Origin: Microthyrium microscopicum
Taxonomy: Eukaryota
Direction: 5' to 3'
Length of the DNA stretch: 64,000 bases
Assembly: GCA_010405405.1 (NCBI GenBank)
Contig: MU004231.1
Span: 2,784,401-2,848,400, forward strand
Positions 1 through 11,628 of the stretch are shown in pieces. The translations under genes and the position numbers were made by a program. Every line of letters starts with the position of its first letter. Position 1 is the stretch's first letter. Under the pieces are notes generated by a model, which had not been told where the DNA came from, did not search any database, and saw nothing but the letters and a program-made list of their open reading frames with translations.

Positions 1-1930
1 AGCTTATTATTAAGAGAGACGTTTTATTATTATAAACGTCTAAAGGTTATAGTAATTAGAGAATACTTAAATAGAGTTAATAAAGCTAAATAGCTTTAGT
101 TCCTATTCTTTAAATACGTAGATAATAGCTAGAAGCTTTTTATTATAAATATTATAATTATATTCTACTAAGGTTATCTTCTTTAAGAGGTATATAATTA
201 AGTAAAGCTTTTTATTATTATCTTTTTAAGAGAGGACTATAGTATAAACTTAATCTAAGGCGTTTATCTCTAGCTATATTTCTTTTATATAGTTAAAGTA
301 ACGTAATATCTTAGTAAACATAAAGTCTTACTTTAGCTTCTTAAACGTACATTCCTCTAGTCTATTAGAGTCTTAAAGAAAGATTATTATAGCGTCTTTC
401 TTTATAAGCACTATTAGTAGTACTATAATCTTTAAATATTTAAAAATAAATTAGTAGTAGAAATTAGTAAAGTTAAGAAAAGCTTAAACGTTTTTTATTA
501 AAAAGGGACGTTACTAGTTAATTATATTTTAAACCTTCTCTAGGTCTATTTTAATACCTTTAGTAGTAATAATTAGGCTAAGGTATTTAACTTATTAAGT
601 ATTAAATTTATACTTCTAGATATCTAAGTATAATCCTACTTTATTTATTACTTCTAAGACTAAGTAAGTATAAGTAGTATAGCTAGCTTTAGTATTACTA
701 AAGATTAATAGATTATCTATATAGCCTATAATAAAGTTATCTAGGTAATTAATTAGGATATAGTTAAGATAAGCTTAGAAGGTCCCTAAGGCTTTAATAA
801 GACTAAAGAGTATAACTTTAAATTTATATAACCTATAATAAGTTAAGAATATAGTTTTATATTTATTACTAGGTTTAATATAAATATATATAAAAGTAGT
901 AATAATATTAAATTTAGAAAAGTATTTTGCGTAATAGATATAAATAAGTATTTCTAGTAGCTATAAAAGAACGTTATAATTCTTTTATATAATCTTATTA
1001 AGTCTATAATAATTAATATAAACTTAAATTCCTTCTTTTAGCTTATATATATATAGTATTAGTATAGCGTAATATAACTTACTAACTTAAACTTAATCTT
1101 AACTAAGTATCTAATTAATATATTATTTAATAATAAGAGATTCCTAATAACCTAGACTATTATAGTAACATTTAGAGATTATAGTATCTAGAATAATATT
1201 AATAAAGTAATTCTATTTACTATAGTATAGTATAAGTTTATTACCTAATTTTAGGTTAAAGACGTCTATATAATAATAATATTCCTTTAGTAGGCATTTA
1301 AGAATCTCTTCTTATAAGAGAGGAGGCTTATTATATTTCTCTTACTATTTTTTAAAATCCTTAAGTAAGATTTTGCCTAAATTAATAATAACGTCTTCTT
1401 TTAGTATAGAATCTAAGTCTAGAGGTTTCTTTTCCTTTTTATCTTTAAAGTTATTAAGCTAGATTTTACTAAATTACTAGCCTCATTCTAGTAACTTAAT
1501 AAAGGTAGTAGTACTAACTATAGTAACGTTTTTAAAGTAAGAGTTTATTAGATTAACTAAGTAGCCCTTATAATCCACTAAGATTAGGCAGCCTACTAGT
1601 AAGTAGTACATAAGGTAGTAGTCTAAGTTAAAGTAGATTTACTTCTTACCTCCTTTAAGGGTAACCTTATAGAAGTTAATCTAAGAATTACTAAAAATAA
1701 GGTTATAGCTAGCGATATTTATAACGAAGTAGTAGATTTATTTAATATACCCTTCTAAACGAACGTTAACTATAGTAGCTTTATTAACTTTTATAATAGC
1801 CTTATTATTAGCTAATTATATAATTTAGGAAGTAAAGAAATTAATAATAGAGATTCTATATTATTTAATAAAATTAGAATAAATAATTCCTATTACTCTA
1901 CTACTAGTATCTATAAAGATATTAATTTTT
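1..1930 (-). pseudogene. RIP-inactivated pol (protease, reverse transcriptase, RNase H)
   Basis: Protease: IFIDTSS (DTS at 1903-1911) and YNLIFSNS*I, matching YDLxxGxxW. RT: VYINYYRLNK (CVDYRGLN), YKFKVILFSL (YEFxVMPFGL), GYIDNLLIFS with YIDN at 712-723 (YMDD), VKYLSLII, KIDLEKV. RNase H: EINALD (ETDASD), NYNIYNKKLLAII (NYDIYDKELLAIV), VFSNY (VFSDH). Many TAA/TAG codons derive from CAA/CAG/TGG. Confidence 0.9.
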
Positions 1931-2049
1931 AAGTAGTAGCCTTATTTTAGAAAGAATATAGTACTAAAGATAGTCTATTAGTTACTTACTATAGATATAG
2001 TAACTACTTCTTAGAAATAAAAATTATATACTATAAAGGTAAGAAATAT

Positions 2050-4340
2050 CTTAATAATAACTAGTTTAGTATTATTAAATATAATAAGCTCTAAGAATAA
2101 TACTTATTAAAGATTACCTTCTAGGCGCTAGATAGTTTTATTAACCTTATATTAGATTTATTCTTTAAAGAGAACTAGCTTAGGGTTAAGTTCTTCTTTC
2201 TTTCGTTACTAATTATATATTTCTTACTTATTTAGCTCCTTTGTGCGTCTTTATAAAAAAGCTTTTAGTTTTCTATATTATTACTATAATTATACTTATT
2301 ATAATTATCCTCTATAGTTAAGGACTAAGGAGATTAAGTAGTAATTTAATTATAGATAGTAGCAAACTCTATAATAATAGTAGTAACCTTTAGTTAAATT
2401 TTAGCGTCTAAAAAGGCATCTCTATCTTTATATAGTACTAAGTTATACTAATAGCTATAGCTTTTCTCTTTATACTTTATATAATAGTTATTAGTCTTTA
2501 AGATATTATAGATATCTAAAGGGTAGTTAAACTTTAGTTTCTATCTACTATCCTTAGCTACTAGATAATTATTATTATTATAGCTTTATAGATTAGTAAA
2601 GAGAACGTATTTAATATAATAAGTAATAATATATAAGCTCTTAAGGAAGTTAGTAAATATTTTTAATTCTACAAAGAGTATTCTCTTTATAAACTTTAAG
2701 AGTAGAAGAAGACATATTTTAATAATCTTATCTTAATTACTAAGCTTAACTTTTTATAAGTTCTTTAAGAAGTAAGCTAGAAATTATTTAAGCTTCTTAG
2801 TAGGCTTTATTATAGCTTCTTAACTTTTAAGCTAAGTTTTAGTAGTAATATAGCTATCTTTAATACTATACTTATAGTCTAGATTAAACTATATCTTTAC
2901 TATAAATAAATATAAGTTAATTAACTTATAGTTACTCTATTTATTAATAGTATTAAATACCTAATTCTTTATTACTCCTTAGATAACTTAAATCTTAAAG
3001 GCTTCTATAAGATAAACTTATATATTATTATTAAAGTAATTTAATACTTTACTTTTCTAAGTATAATACTTCTACTTATCCTTTCTTAAGAAGAGTAAAG
3101 GCTTATTACCCTATACTTTAAAAAGAGAAGCGTTACTAACTAAGTTAAAGTTAAAGAAAAGAATAATTTAATATAAGTCTAGTATCTTTAGAAGTATATT
3201 TAAGTTAGATTAGTCTATATCTTAAGCTAAGAAGGTCTAGCGAAATAGATTATTATCTACTAACTTATTATAATTAAAATAAAGATTAGTTACCTTAGTA
3301 GCTAAGAGTTTCTTTTAGAAAGCGTTAACCTAGGCTTAAAGAATAGTAGCTTTATTTACCTTCTCTTATAGAGCCTTATAATATTTACTAATCTTATTAA
3401 CATAAATAGCAAGTACTTCCTTAAGTAAATTATTATTATATTATAGTTCTTATACTTTTTAGTAAGTAGTTACTACTTCTTTAAGAATAATAGTATTATC
3501 TTAAATCTATGCTTTAAAATAAGTAATCTACTTTATACGTTTATTATTAGTTTTAGCTAAGTTCTATATCTCTCTCTAAGCTTCTAAAGCTTCTTCCTAA
3601 AAAATATAGATTAAGTCTATATTATAAGTATTTATATTCTACTTAATTTTAAAGAAATAAGCTATAGTTTAAGAAACTAATAATAAAGCGTAGAGCTATA
3701 TAACTAAGTTATTTAGCGTAATCTCTCCTTTTAATAGATATTCTAAGTCTATACCTAATTTAATTAAGTAGTAAGAGTAGTAATAAAAGTTTAATTACTT
3801 TTCTTTATAATAAAGGTATACTCTTACGTTTTTTAGCTTATTATTTTCTTTACTAAGTATCTTTTATACTTAAGTAGCTTAGAAGATTAAAGGGTTCTTA
3901 TTAATAGTTAGAGTAACTAGTTAATTAAGGTCTACTACTATAGAGTAGTAAAATATTAATATAAGTAGTACTCTAAAGCCTTTAGCTTACTAGCATAGTT
4001 TTATTAGCTATTTATATATTCTAAGAGAAAGTTTAGTATTATTATTAGGTTAGAAAGGAGCTAGTAACTAGTTATCTTCTATATTTATTTAGTTTAGTAA
4101 AGTTATTTAACTAGTATTTTAAGGGGCATCTTCTAACGCTTTAGTCTCTTTACCTTTATAGCCTTATTCTAATAGATAATTATCTTCTAACTTATCTTTA
4201 TCTTTTAATAATACTCTTAAGCCTAGTTCTAGCAATTTTAATAGTCCTAAGACGCTCTCTATTAAATCTACTACTTTCTAAGTAATATCTAGTTATACTA
4301 TATCCTAAATATTAGGTCTACTTTAATACTTAACACGTAT
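2050..4340 (-). pseudogene. RIP-inactivated gag-like ORF with CCHC zinc knuckle relic
   Basis: Codons at 2382-2341 (tac tat tat tat aga gtt tgc tac tat cta taa tta aat tac) revert to exact C-x2-C-x4-H-x4-C spacing just upstream of the protease. A long coding-like frame runs from ~4340. Ends are approximate. Confidence 0.6.
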
Positions 4341-5732
4341 AGTAAAAGGGTAACGTAACAAAGATAAGTAATACAAGTATATAAGAAATAAAGATAAGTA
4401 CTAATTATTAAGCTAAGTATAAGTAATTAGAGACAATAAGTAGGCTATATAGTTATTAACTTAGGTCTATTAGTTAGAAGCCTTATTAGCTATAGTTATA
4501 AATAATAAAGAAGAGTACTAAGAAGGAATACTTATTTATTTAGCACGTTTTAATAATAAGTATATTAAGTATAATTATAAATATTTAGTAGTAGTATAGA
4601 AAATAAACTTTAGTATTCTATAGAACTAAGGATAAGAAGCAATTAACGCTTAGACTATTAATAGATTAAAGAGTATTAAGGAATCCTAACACTCTAATTA
4701 GATAAGAAGTTAGTAGAGCTAACAAATTTAGTAAATCTACGAAGGATTTTTAATAGGATCTAAAACTATATATATAGGATATTAATCCATATAGGCGCTT
4801 CTTTAGAAGTAAATTCTAGAGTACGTAATATAAGCGCGTAGGTAGTTAAATAATTCGTAGATTATATAATAAGCTATAAAACTTAGAGTAAGTAGATAAT
4901 TAGATTATATTCTAGAATCTATAAACAAGAAAGAGAGAAGAAGATCTAGAAGAGCTATAGATCTATAAGGAATATAAGTCCACTTAGTAGATCCTTAGGC
5001 GCGCTAACCCCCTTGGGTCTAGCGTATAATCTTGTAATAAGATCTCTCTTATAATACTACTATAAAGCCTATAAAGAGGAATTATTATAATTAGTAAAAC
5101 TTATATTAATTAAATAGTAATTTCTAATACTATAGCAATATAATTCCTATAATTTATTCCTAACTACTTATTATTATTACTTTTACTTTATAGCTATAGA
5201 AAATAAAAAATATAGAAAAAATACTAAACTTTTAATTTAATAATTATAATACTTATAATACTTTACTAATAATATAATATTCTAAACTTATAATATATAA
5301 AACTATTTTAATAATATAATCCTAATTTTTATAATCTTTTTAATAATATTATAATATAAAAAAGGGTTTAAATAATTATAAAGTTACTAGTATATAATAG
5401 AATTTATATAGTAGAATTATACTTAGGCTAGTCTATTAATAGTTTACCTATAATTACCCTTTATTAGTATAGAGGAGTATTAAAGGTATAATATAAAGGA
5501 ATAGTAGCTATATAATAGATTATATAATTAGATAGGGTTAAGACCTACCGCCTAACGGTAGGACTCTATTGCTTCTAATCTAACTTTATTATCCTAAATA
5601 TTTCCTCTATTAATATTTCTTAAAGTAATACTAGGCTTTATATAAAGCTTTATGTCATCGAAACTTAGGTACCCAAAACAAACTTTACATCCACAAAAAT
5701 ATACCCAGTAGATGGCTCGATGAAGCCGGATC

Positions 5733-5739
5733 AAAAAAA
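5733..5739 (-). terminator. RNA Pol III oligo-T terminator for the tRNA-like gene
   Basis: T7 run on the minus strand, 17 nt downstream of the predicted discriminator base. Confidence 0.6.
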
Positions 5740-5756
5740 CAACTCGACTTCAATTT

Positions 5757-5844
5757 TGCCGCCAGCGAGATTCGAACTCACGTTTTCGCTTTATACATTC
5801 AGAGCTATGGGAAAGCGATACCTTAACCACTAGGTCACGGCTGA
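5757..5844 (-). tRNA. Intron-containing tRNA-like gene, anticodon CCC (Gly), with imperfect acceptor stem; possibly a pseudo-tRNA
   Basis: Minus strand folds as: acceptor TCAGCCG/TGGCGGC plus discriminator A; D stem ACCT/AGGT with loop AGTGGTTA; anticodon stem TCGCT/AGCGA with TT-CCC-A; 16-nt intron after position 37; T arm GTGAG-TTCGAAT-CTCGC. A and B boxes are present and a T7 run follows. Confidence 0.75.
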
Positions 5845-6542
5845 ATACGGTTAGCTGTCTTCTAATTTAGGTAATGCCGGGGAGAGTCTTACTGGCTGTG
5901 GTTTGGTTACCATATCGCTGGCTTTTTCAACAATTTTGTTCTTTTAGGGAAGTGCTTGGAAGACAGTAGAATGGCAGGGAAGAACTGTTGTCTCCCGGAG
6001 AAGTGACGGTGAGAGGGCAACGGGAGATTGCATACATGCGAAGAGGCGGGAGTTGTGGAGCATGGGAACGGGTTGAGCAGGTGAGCCTGTGGCGTTTACA
6101 GAATGACCTTGTGGATCGCATGGGAGATTGGTGGGAATGATCGCAATGGTGCATGATGGATTTCAAGAGACAATGGGTTATGAAGAAAACGGTAAGAGGG
6201 AAGGATATTCCTTCAGCCTTATCGGCCTACCAAGCGACAATAAACTGGCCCGTTCCATTAACGACGCCGGCGCCTACCAGCAGTAATCACAAGACATGTA
6301 TGTCATATTTCCCATTACATTCGATATAATATCTATAACTTTACAGATTCTAATGGGAAATAAAGCCCATCGTAGTAAAGCGTAACATATGGTAGTCATA
6401 GTATGCCGTCAGCCTAATGGCCATATAGTTTCAGCCAATCAACGCTAGATCCCAACCACCGCCAATTGCTTCAATGTTAAAGTCTCGACATCATCCAAAG
6501 CCTCTATCAATTCCGTCCAAATCATCCTCTCATCTATCCCTA

Positions 6543-7508
6543 ATGTTCCCATGCTCCAGTCTCCGGACTAGTCTCACGCGGCTGCCAAGTCAGAGCAATC
6601 TTCTCACAACCTGCCAAAATGGCTACACAGCCACCGCCAGCAAGGCCCTTCGCCGGCGCAGACACGCATACCGGTATCCATCACCCTTTTCCCAATCAAT
6701 AACGCGTTCTATCACGACAACCGCCTCCAAACCCAAACCCGTCTACACCAAACTACCAACTCGTGCTGCCACTACCTCTTCCACTACCACAACGTCCTCT
6801 ACAACCACACCCAAACCTGCCGCAACCAGCCCAACAACCCAATCCAAACCAGCACCCTCCAAACCACCGCAATCCGCCATCCCACGCACACCTATCACTC
6901 CACCCCAAGACCTCCAACTCGGTCTCTCCGACCCCCTCCCCGCCGCCCCACCCACAACCTCTCCCACAGGCGAAGTAATAGACTGGTCCCGCTCCTTCTC
7001 CGGCCTCTCCACAACCGCCTTCCCCCCAGACTCCGCACGCATCCTCCTCGCCCCCATACTCCCCGCCGACGTCGAAGTAAAACCCGACGGCATAATCTAC
7101 CTGCCCGAGATAAAATACCGCCGCATTCTAAACCGCGCCTTTGGCCCCGGCGCATGGGGTCTAGCACCAAGAGGCGAAACCATCGTGACCGCGAAGAGCG
7201 TGACGCGAGAATATGGGTTGGTGGTCCATGGACGGTTGGTTAGTATTGCGCGGGGAGAGCAGCAGTATTTTGATCCAGAGGGGATACCGACGGCGACGGA
7301 GGGGTGTAAGAGTAATGCGTTGATGCGGTGTTGCAAGGATTTGGGGATTGCGAGTGAGTTGTGGGATCCGGTGTTTATTAGAAAGTTTATGGCGGAACAT
7401 GCGAGGGAGGTGTGGGTGGAGCATAATACGACGAAAAAGAAGAGGAAGATTTATATGAGGAGGGATGTTAAGAATGTGCCGTATCCGTTCAAGGAGGTCA
7501 AGGCATAG
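6543..7508 (+). CDS. MGM101: Mitochondrial genome maintenance protein Mgm101 (Rad52-like ssDNA annealing protein)
   Basis: Hallmark core [10 protein letters not shown]...[36 protein letters not shown]...[26 protein letters not shown]. The N-terminus is R/S/T-rich like a presequence. Start is probably ATG 6543; an in-frame ATG also lies at 6474. Confidence 0.95.
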   Translation: MFPCSSLRTSLTRLPSQSNLLTTCQNGYTATASKALRRRRHAYRYPSPFSQSITRSITTTASKPKPVYTKLPTRAATTSSTTTTSSTTTPKPAATSPTTQSKPAPSKPPQSAIPRTPITPPQDLQLGLSDPLPAAPPTTSPTGEVIDWSRSFSGLSTTAFPPDSARILLAPILPADVEVKPDGIIYLPEIKYRRILNRAFGPGAWGLAPRGETIVTAKSVTREYGLVVHGRLVSIARGEQQYFDPEGIPTATEGCKSNALMRCCKDLGIASELWDPVFIRKFMAEHAREVWVEHNTTKKKRKIYMRRDVKNVPYPFKEVKA

Positions 7509-7741
7509 ATCACATATATTGGAAACGAATGGGTCATGTTTGGGATGTAAGATTTAATTGTACATCTAAGCTCATAGAGGATTCATAGAGGTTGGCATGG
7601 TCTATTTGCCAGATTATTATACATATCCCGTGCCGAAATAGGCAGCTACGCAGTGGGCGTCTTTGTGGAAAAATTTCATCTCTATATCAAAACCAATTGT
7701 AATGCAATAACGCCGAAAGAGACCGTGAAAGATTACCATTA

Positions 7742-8796
7742 TCAGTTTCCAAAGCCGCGATCAAGACCGGAAGATTTGGCCTCAGCTGGTACATCATGGG
7801 CAGGCTCCTCTTCGAACTTGTCCTTCTTTGCTGCCGCAGCTTGATCCTCCTTGTTCCAGTTCCACGGCATCCAACCACTCGATTGACGCTGGACATTTGG
7901 TGGTTTACCACTTCGATCTGGCGAAGCTTCTGAGCGTTCGATCTTATCGAATTCGGTCTCAGAGCGGCTCTTTGACAGTCCAGTTGACTTCTCTTCGGCA
8001 AGATCAGTCTCCTCACGGTCATACGCCTGCATCAAGGCAGAGAGTCCGAGACGCGCCTGCCGGATATAGTTCAGACGGTCCGCAGGAGTTGCGAGCTCGG
8101 GAGGGACTAAGGCGCCACTGGAGCCCATATGCGCAGCGCGACTGACGGCATTCACATTAAGCCCGCCCGTCGCAGTCTGCAGGGCGCCCAAAACTGAGCT
8201 ATAAAAGTCATTGCCAGCCGGTCCACTACCAGGCACAGTTGCGCCGGTGGTAGCCGTGCTGTAGAATCTGGATAGCAGTGACTGGGCATATGTTTGGGCA
8301 GAGGGGCCAGGTGGGGTTGCGGGCCTCGGCTGTTCATTCAAAACATGGACGCGGAACCAGTTGATAGCTTGTTTGAAGTATTGAAGTCCCATGGTCTTGA
8401 GATGTTCGTGGGAGTTTGATATGAAGTCCTCAATTTCGGTTTCATAGTTGATCAGATAGGGCTCGATGTAGGTGGTGTAGACCTTGGTTGCGCCTTGAGG
8501 TGCGGGCATGAGGAGATAGAGGTAGCCGAACATGCGGACCCATGAGTAGAGTGGGAGGTAGGTGAGTGGATAGGCGACGGTGTTTTCAAGGAGGTTGATC
8601 ACGGAGAGGGTGGCGTAGAAGGTAAGCCATGGTGCCAATGTTGCGGGAGTTGGGGTCTTGAGGGCCTTGTATGCGGCGAAGAGGGGAAAGAGGGTGGTGG
8701 AGGAGAGACTATGGAAGGCTTCATGTCAGTAGAGGTTCATACAGCAATAGCATATGGGATATCATACGAGATGAAGTCGGCTATGAAGCTCAGCAT
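7742..8796 (-). CDS. HVA22/TB2/DP1 (REEP/Yop1-like) membrane protein, 2 exons
   Basis: Exon 1 8796-8768 (MLSFIADFIS); intron 8767-8709 (GTATGA..CTGAC..TAG). Exon 2 reads LFPLFAAYKALKT...PWLTFY...LPLYSWVR..YLYLLMPAPQGATKVYTTYIEPYL, typical of the family. Confidence 0.85.
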
Positions 8797-9875
8797 GACG
8801 ATCAGATGTCAGAGGACGATAAGAACACTGGCGGCGATGGAGGTCCCGCAGCGGCACGAGACGGATGATATAGGGTGGTTGAGTAGCAGAAACGTGTTCT
8901 TGAACAATATAGAAAGGTGTCCGAAGGGATTGAGAGCAGTTGGAACCAGTTAGAAGAAAGAGAATGAAGCTGCCTGGTGTGATGTAGAAGGCACGAAGGG
9001 TAGAAAGGTAGGTGGTGATGGTGGTGGGGAGGTAGGTTCCTGTGCATGGATGGCACATTAAATGCAGTAAGGCTGGCATAAAAGTTGAGCCACCAAGCTC
9101 CAACATTTGAACGCTGCAGCTAGACTCCCCGCTCTTCCAAATAAGGACCTAAAAAGGCGATAACCGTGGGGCCGAGCCATGTATCTTTCTTTGTCCTCTC
9201 TTTATTGGCCCCTTTGGTATTGTTACTATTATTATATGGCGAGATCTATCAAACATGCCTACTGTACTGTACTGTACTCCAAAGTCAACCTCCAGGCAGA
9301 CAGAACGCGCCGGCACTCTTCTCACTGAGATGTGTCCCGTTGAGGCCTCGCCATTATTGATCGATTCCTGTTTTTATTTCTGATCGAAAAGTGCAGAAAC
9401 AAATTTGTACTGCCGCGTTTAGAATTGGTTCCGATCTCTTTGTCTTGTCCATCACGCGACAGGCTTGAGCTACTACCGTAGAGTAACTAACCTTCGCCGC
9501 GTGACAGAGCCCCATTTAAGCTTTCGTGTCTGACAACTGTGGATCTAGCATCTAAATCCCGTTCACGATGTAGACTCCCTCGGCCTGTACTGTATCTCTA
9601 GGAAATGTAGATGGACGGTTAGAGATGGGCGGGTATGTTCGGACAGTTCAACCTGCTGCAGCTCCCACTTCTCGTGGCAGTTGCAAGCATCTACTCATTT
9701 TTGGCCACCATCATGGCAACACATCTCCTGTCATCTGCCTGTCAACACTATCCTTTTAACAGTCTCCAGACTACAGTGACATATCTACTCCATCATATCT
9801 CCTATAAATATACCATATTCGGCGTATGCAACAGCCTCCTGCTGACTGCCAACGGGAGAAACCACCGACCCAACA

Positions 9876-10935
9876 ATGTGCATAGCAATCGTCAGCACCC
9901 TACATCCCGACTATCCCCTAATATTACTCAATAACCGCGATGTATGCCACCATTTCGCCCATTGCCCAGCTTCCCAGTTTAAAAGAAGAATGTCCCCTAA
10001 CCCACCTACAGGAGTACCTCCAACGCCCAACCGACCCAGCAAACTGGTGGCCCGCCCCAAACACCCAAATTCTCGGCGGCCGCGATCTCCACCGCGCAGA
10101 ACACGGCACCTGGCTCGGCGTAACCCGCCAAGGCCGGTTGGCATGTCTAACAAACTTTAAGGAAGAAGAAGAATTCATCACCGGCAAACGATCCCGTGGA
10201 GCCGTCGTAAACAGCTATCTGAAAATGGACCCGGAGAGCACAGAGTCCAGTAGGAGTGTGGCGAACGGGTTGATTCAGGAGGGGTTGAACGGGATCGGCG
10301 GGTTTAGTTTGTTATTTGGGCATTTGAAGAGGCCGAGCTGGAAAGATAATGGCTTGGCAACGGGCAGTTGGGATGGGCTAGCGATCGTGAGCAATCGTAG
10401 TAAGAATGTTGAAGATGTCAGGTGGTTGTGTACGAGACCTGGGGAGACGCATGCGTTGAGTAATACGCATTATGGGGATAAGAGCTGGCCGAAGGTCGTT
10501 GCTGGTGAGGCGATGGCAAATGATGCGATTGCCGAGTCTGCGAAACGGGGCGAGAACAAGGACCTGCTGCTACAACGATTACTAGCCATTTTGGATCACG
10601 ATACGTTACCGTTACGGAAAGTGGATGAGGGATGGGTCACGTATACTTCGCAGATGAAGACGAGCATTTTCGTGCCTGCCATAGGCGATAAGAAGCAGAG
10701 CGAGAGATTGCTTAATGGGAGTCCTTTGGCGGGTTGTTCAGCAGACATCAAGGCAAACGTGGATCCGGCTACTTCTGGCGTATATGGAACGCAAAAGCAG
10801 TCGATATTACTCGTTGACTGGGAGGGAAAGGTGGATTACTTTGAGCGGACATTGTTTAATCAGGAAGCGAAACCTATACCCAAGGGCACTGCCGATTTAC
10901 ATCATGAGTTTGTTGTTGAAGGTTGGAATGACTGA
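9876..10935 (+). CDS. TANGO2/NRDE (DUF833) family protein, 2 exons
   Basis: MCI start (Ntn-hydrolase-like Cys2). The NRD|E motif is split by intron 9942-10011 (GTATGC..CTAAC..CAG). Also GGRDL..GTWLG..GRLACLTNF, SRG, and YGTQKQSILLVD near the C-terminus. Confidence 0.92.
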
Positions 10936-11167
10936 ATGCTGCTAACGACTCTTCCTTGTATAGAACCCATTTTTAGACGTATTAACTATAGATACATTGA
11001 AGTCAACATTATCTACCTCATGGCGCGTTCTCATCAAGCGCGGTGATTACCATCTACTACGCTATCAAATTGAATGCTTAGTATCCGTACAAGTGTTTCG
11101 AAGGTCGAGGTCCGGATTCCAGGCACTTTGTTGCAAAGATAGACAAACTCCATGTCGGACCGGATCG

Positions 11168-11391
11168 ATGGCTATTCGAACAATATGGCTATCCACTTCC
11201 ACAGGCTGGTCAATTCAACAGGCTAGCCGATTCAACAGACTAGCCGATTCAACAGACTGGCAGGCTCGACAGGCTGTCCCGTTGGAGAGGCTGTTCCGTT
11301 TCAAAGGTTGTCCGACTCGCCAGGCTGTTCCGATCACTAGGCTATTCTTCGCTTCGACAGACTATCCATCTCAATGGGCTACCCAACGATA
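11168..11391. repeat. Degenerate 17-bp tandem minisatellite, ~13 units, consensus approx CAGGCTRTCCGATTCAA
   Basis: Units start at 11168, 11185, 11202, 11219, 11236, 11253, 11270, 11287, 11304, 11321, 11338 (20 nt), 11358 and 11375. The central units CAGGCTAGCCGATTCAA and CAGACTAGCCGATTCAA differ by one base. Confidence 0.8.
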
Positions 11392-11628
11392 TGATTCCAA
11401 CTATAGACATTGTGGCAACATCTAGGAAAGTGCTTTCACTATCATGTGGAGGTTCTTTCCTTTGTGGCCAGTATCTAGTACTTATCTCCTGTACCTCCCC
11501 GTCGCGCGCTATGGTAGTAATGTTTGTTCATAGTCTGTCTCAGCTGCTCTGATAGCAGCTACACAGCATACAGAAATACGTACGGGCCTTCTTGCTTAGG
11601 TTTCCGTAGACCGCTCGCGTCAGTGCTT

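Larger units (their letters stand above)
1..5650 (-). mobile_element. RIP-degenerated Ty3/Gypsy LTR retrotransposon, truncated by the left window edge (integrase and 3' LTR would lie outside)
   Basis: Very AT-rich, with TpA excess and CpA/TpG almost absent. The minus-strand translation retains gag-PR-RT-RH in Ty3/Gypsy order once C>T/G>A changes are mentally reverted. The 5' LTR/UTR is probably ~4350-5650 (TGTAAT at 5033 could be an LTR end); boundaries are uncertain. Confidence 0.9.

Noticed and set aside
11168..11391. CRISPR-like reading of the periodic array
   Set aside because: Eukaryotic context, 17-nt units with no repeat-spacer alternation, and no cas genes.
10997..11425. 142-aa plus-strand ORF
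   Set aside because: Starts at TTG, runs across a non-3n repeat array, and has no recognisable protein features.
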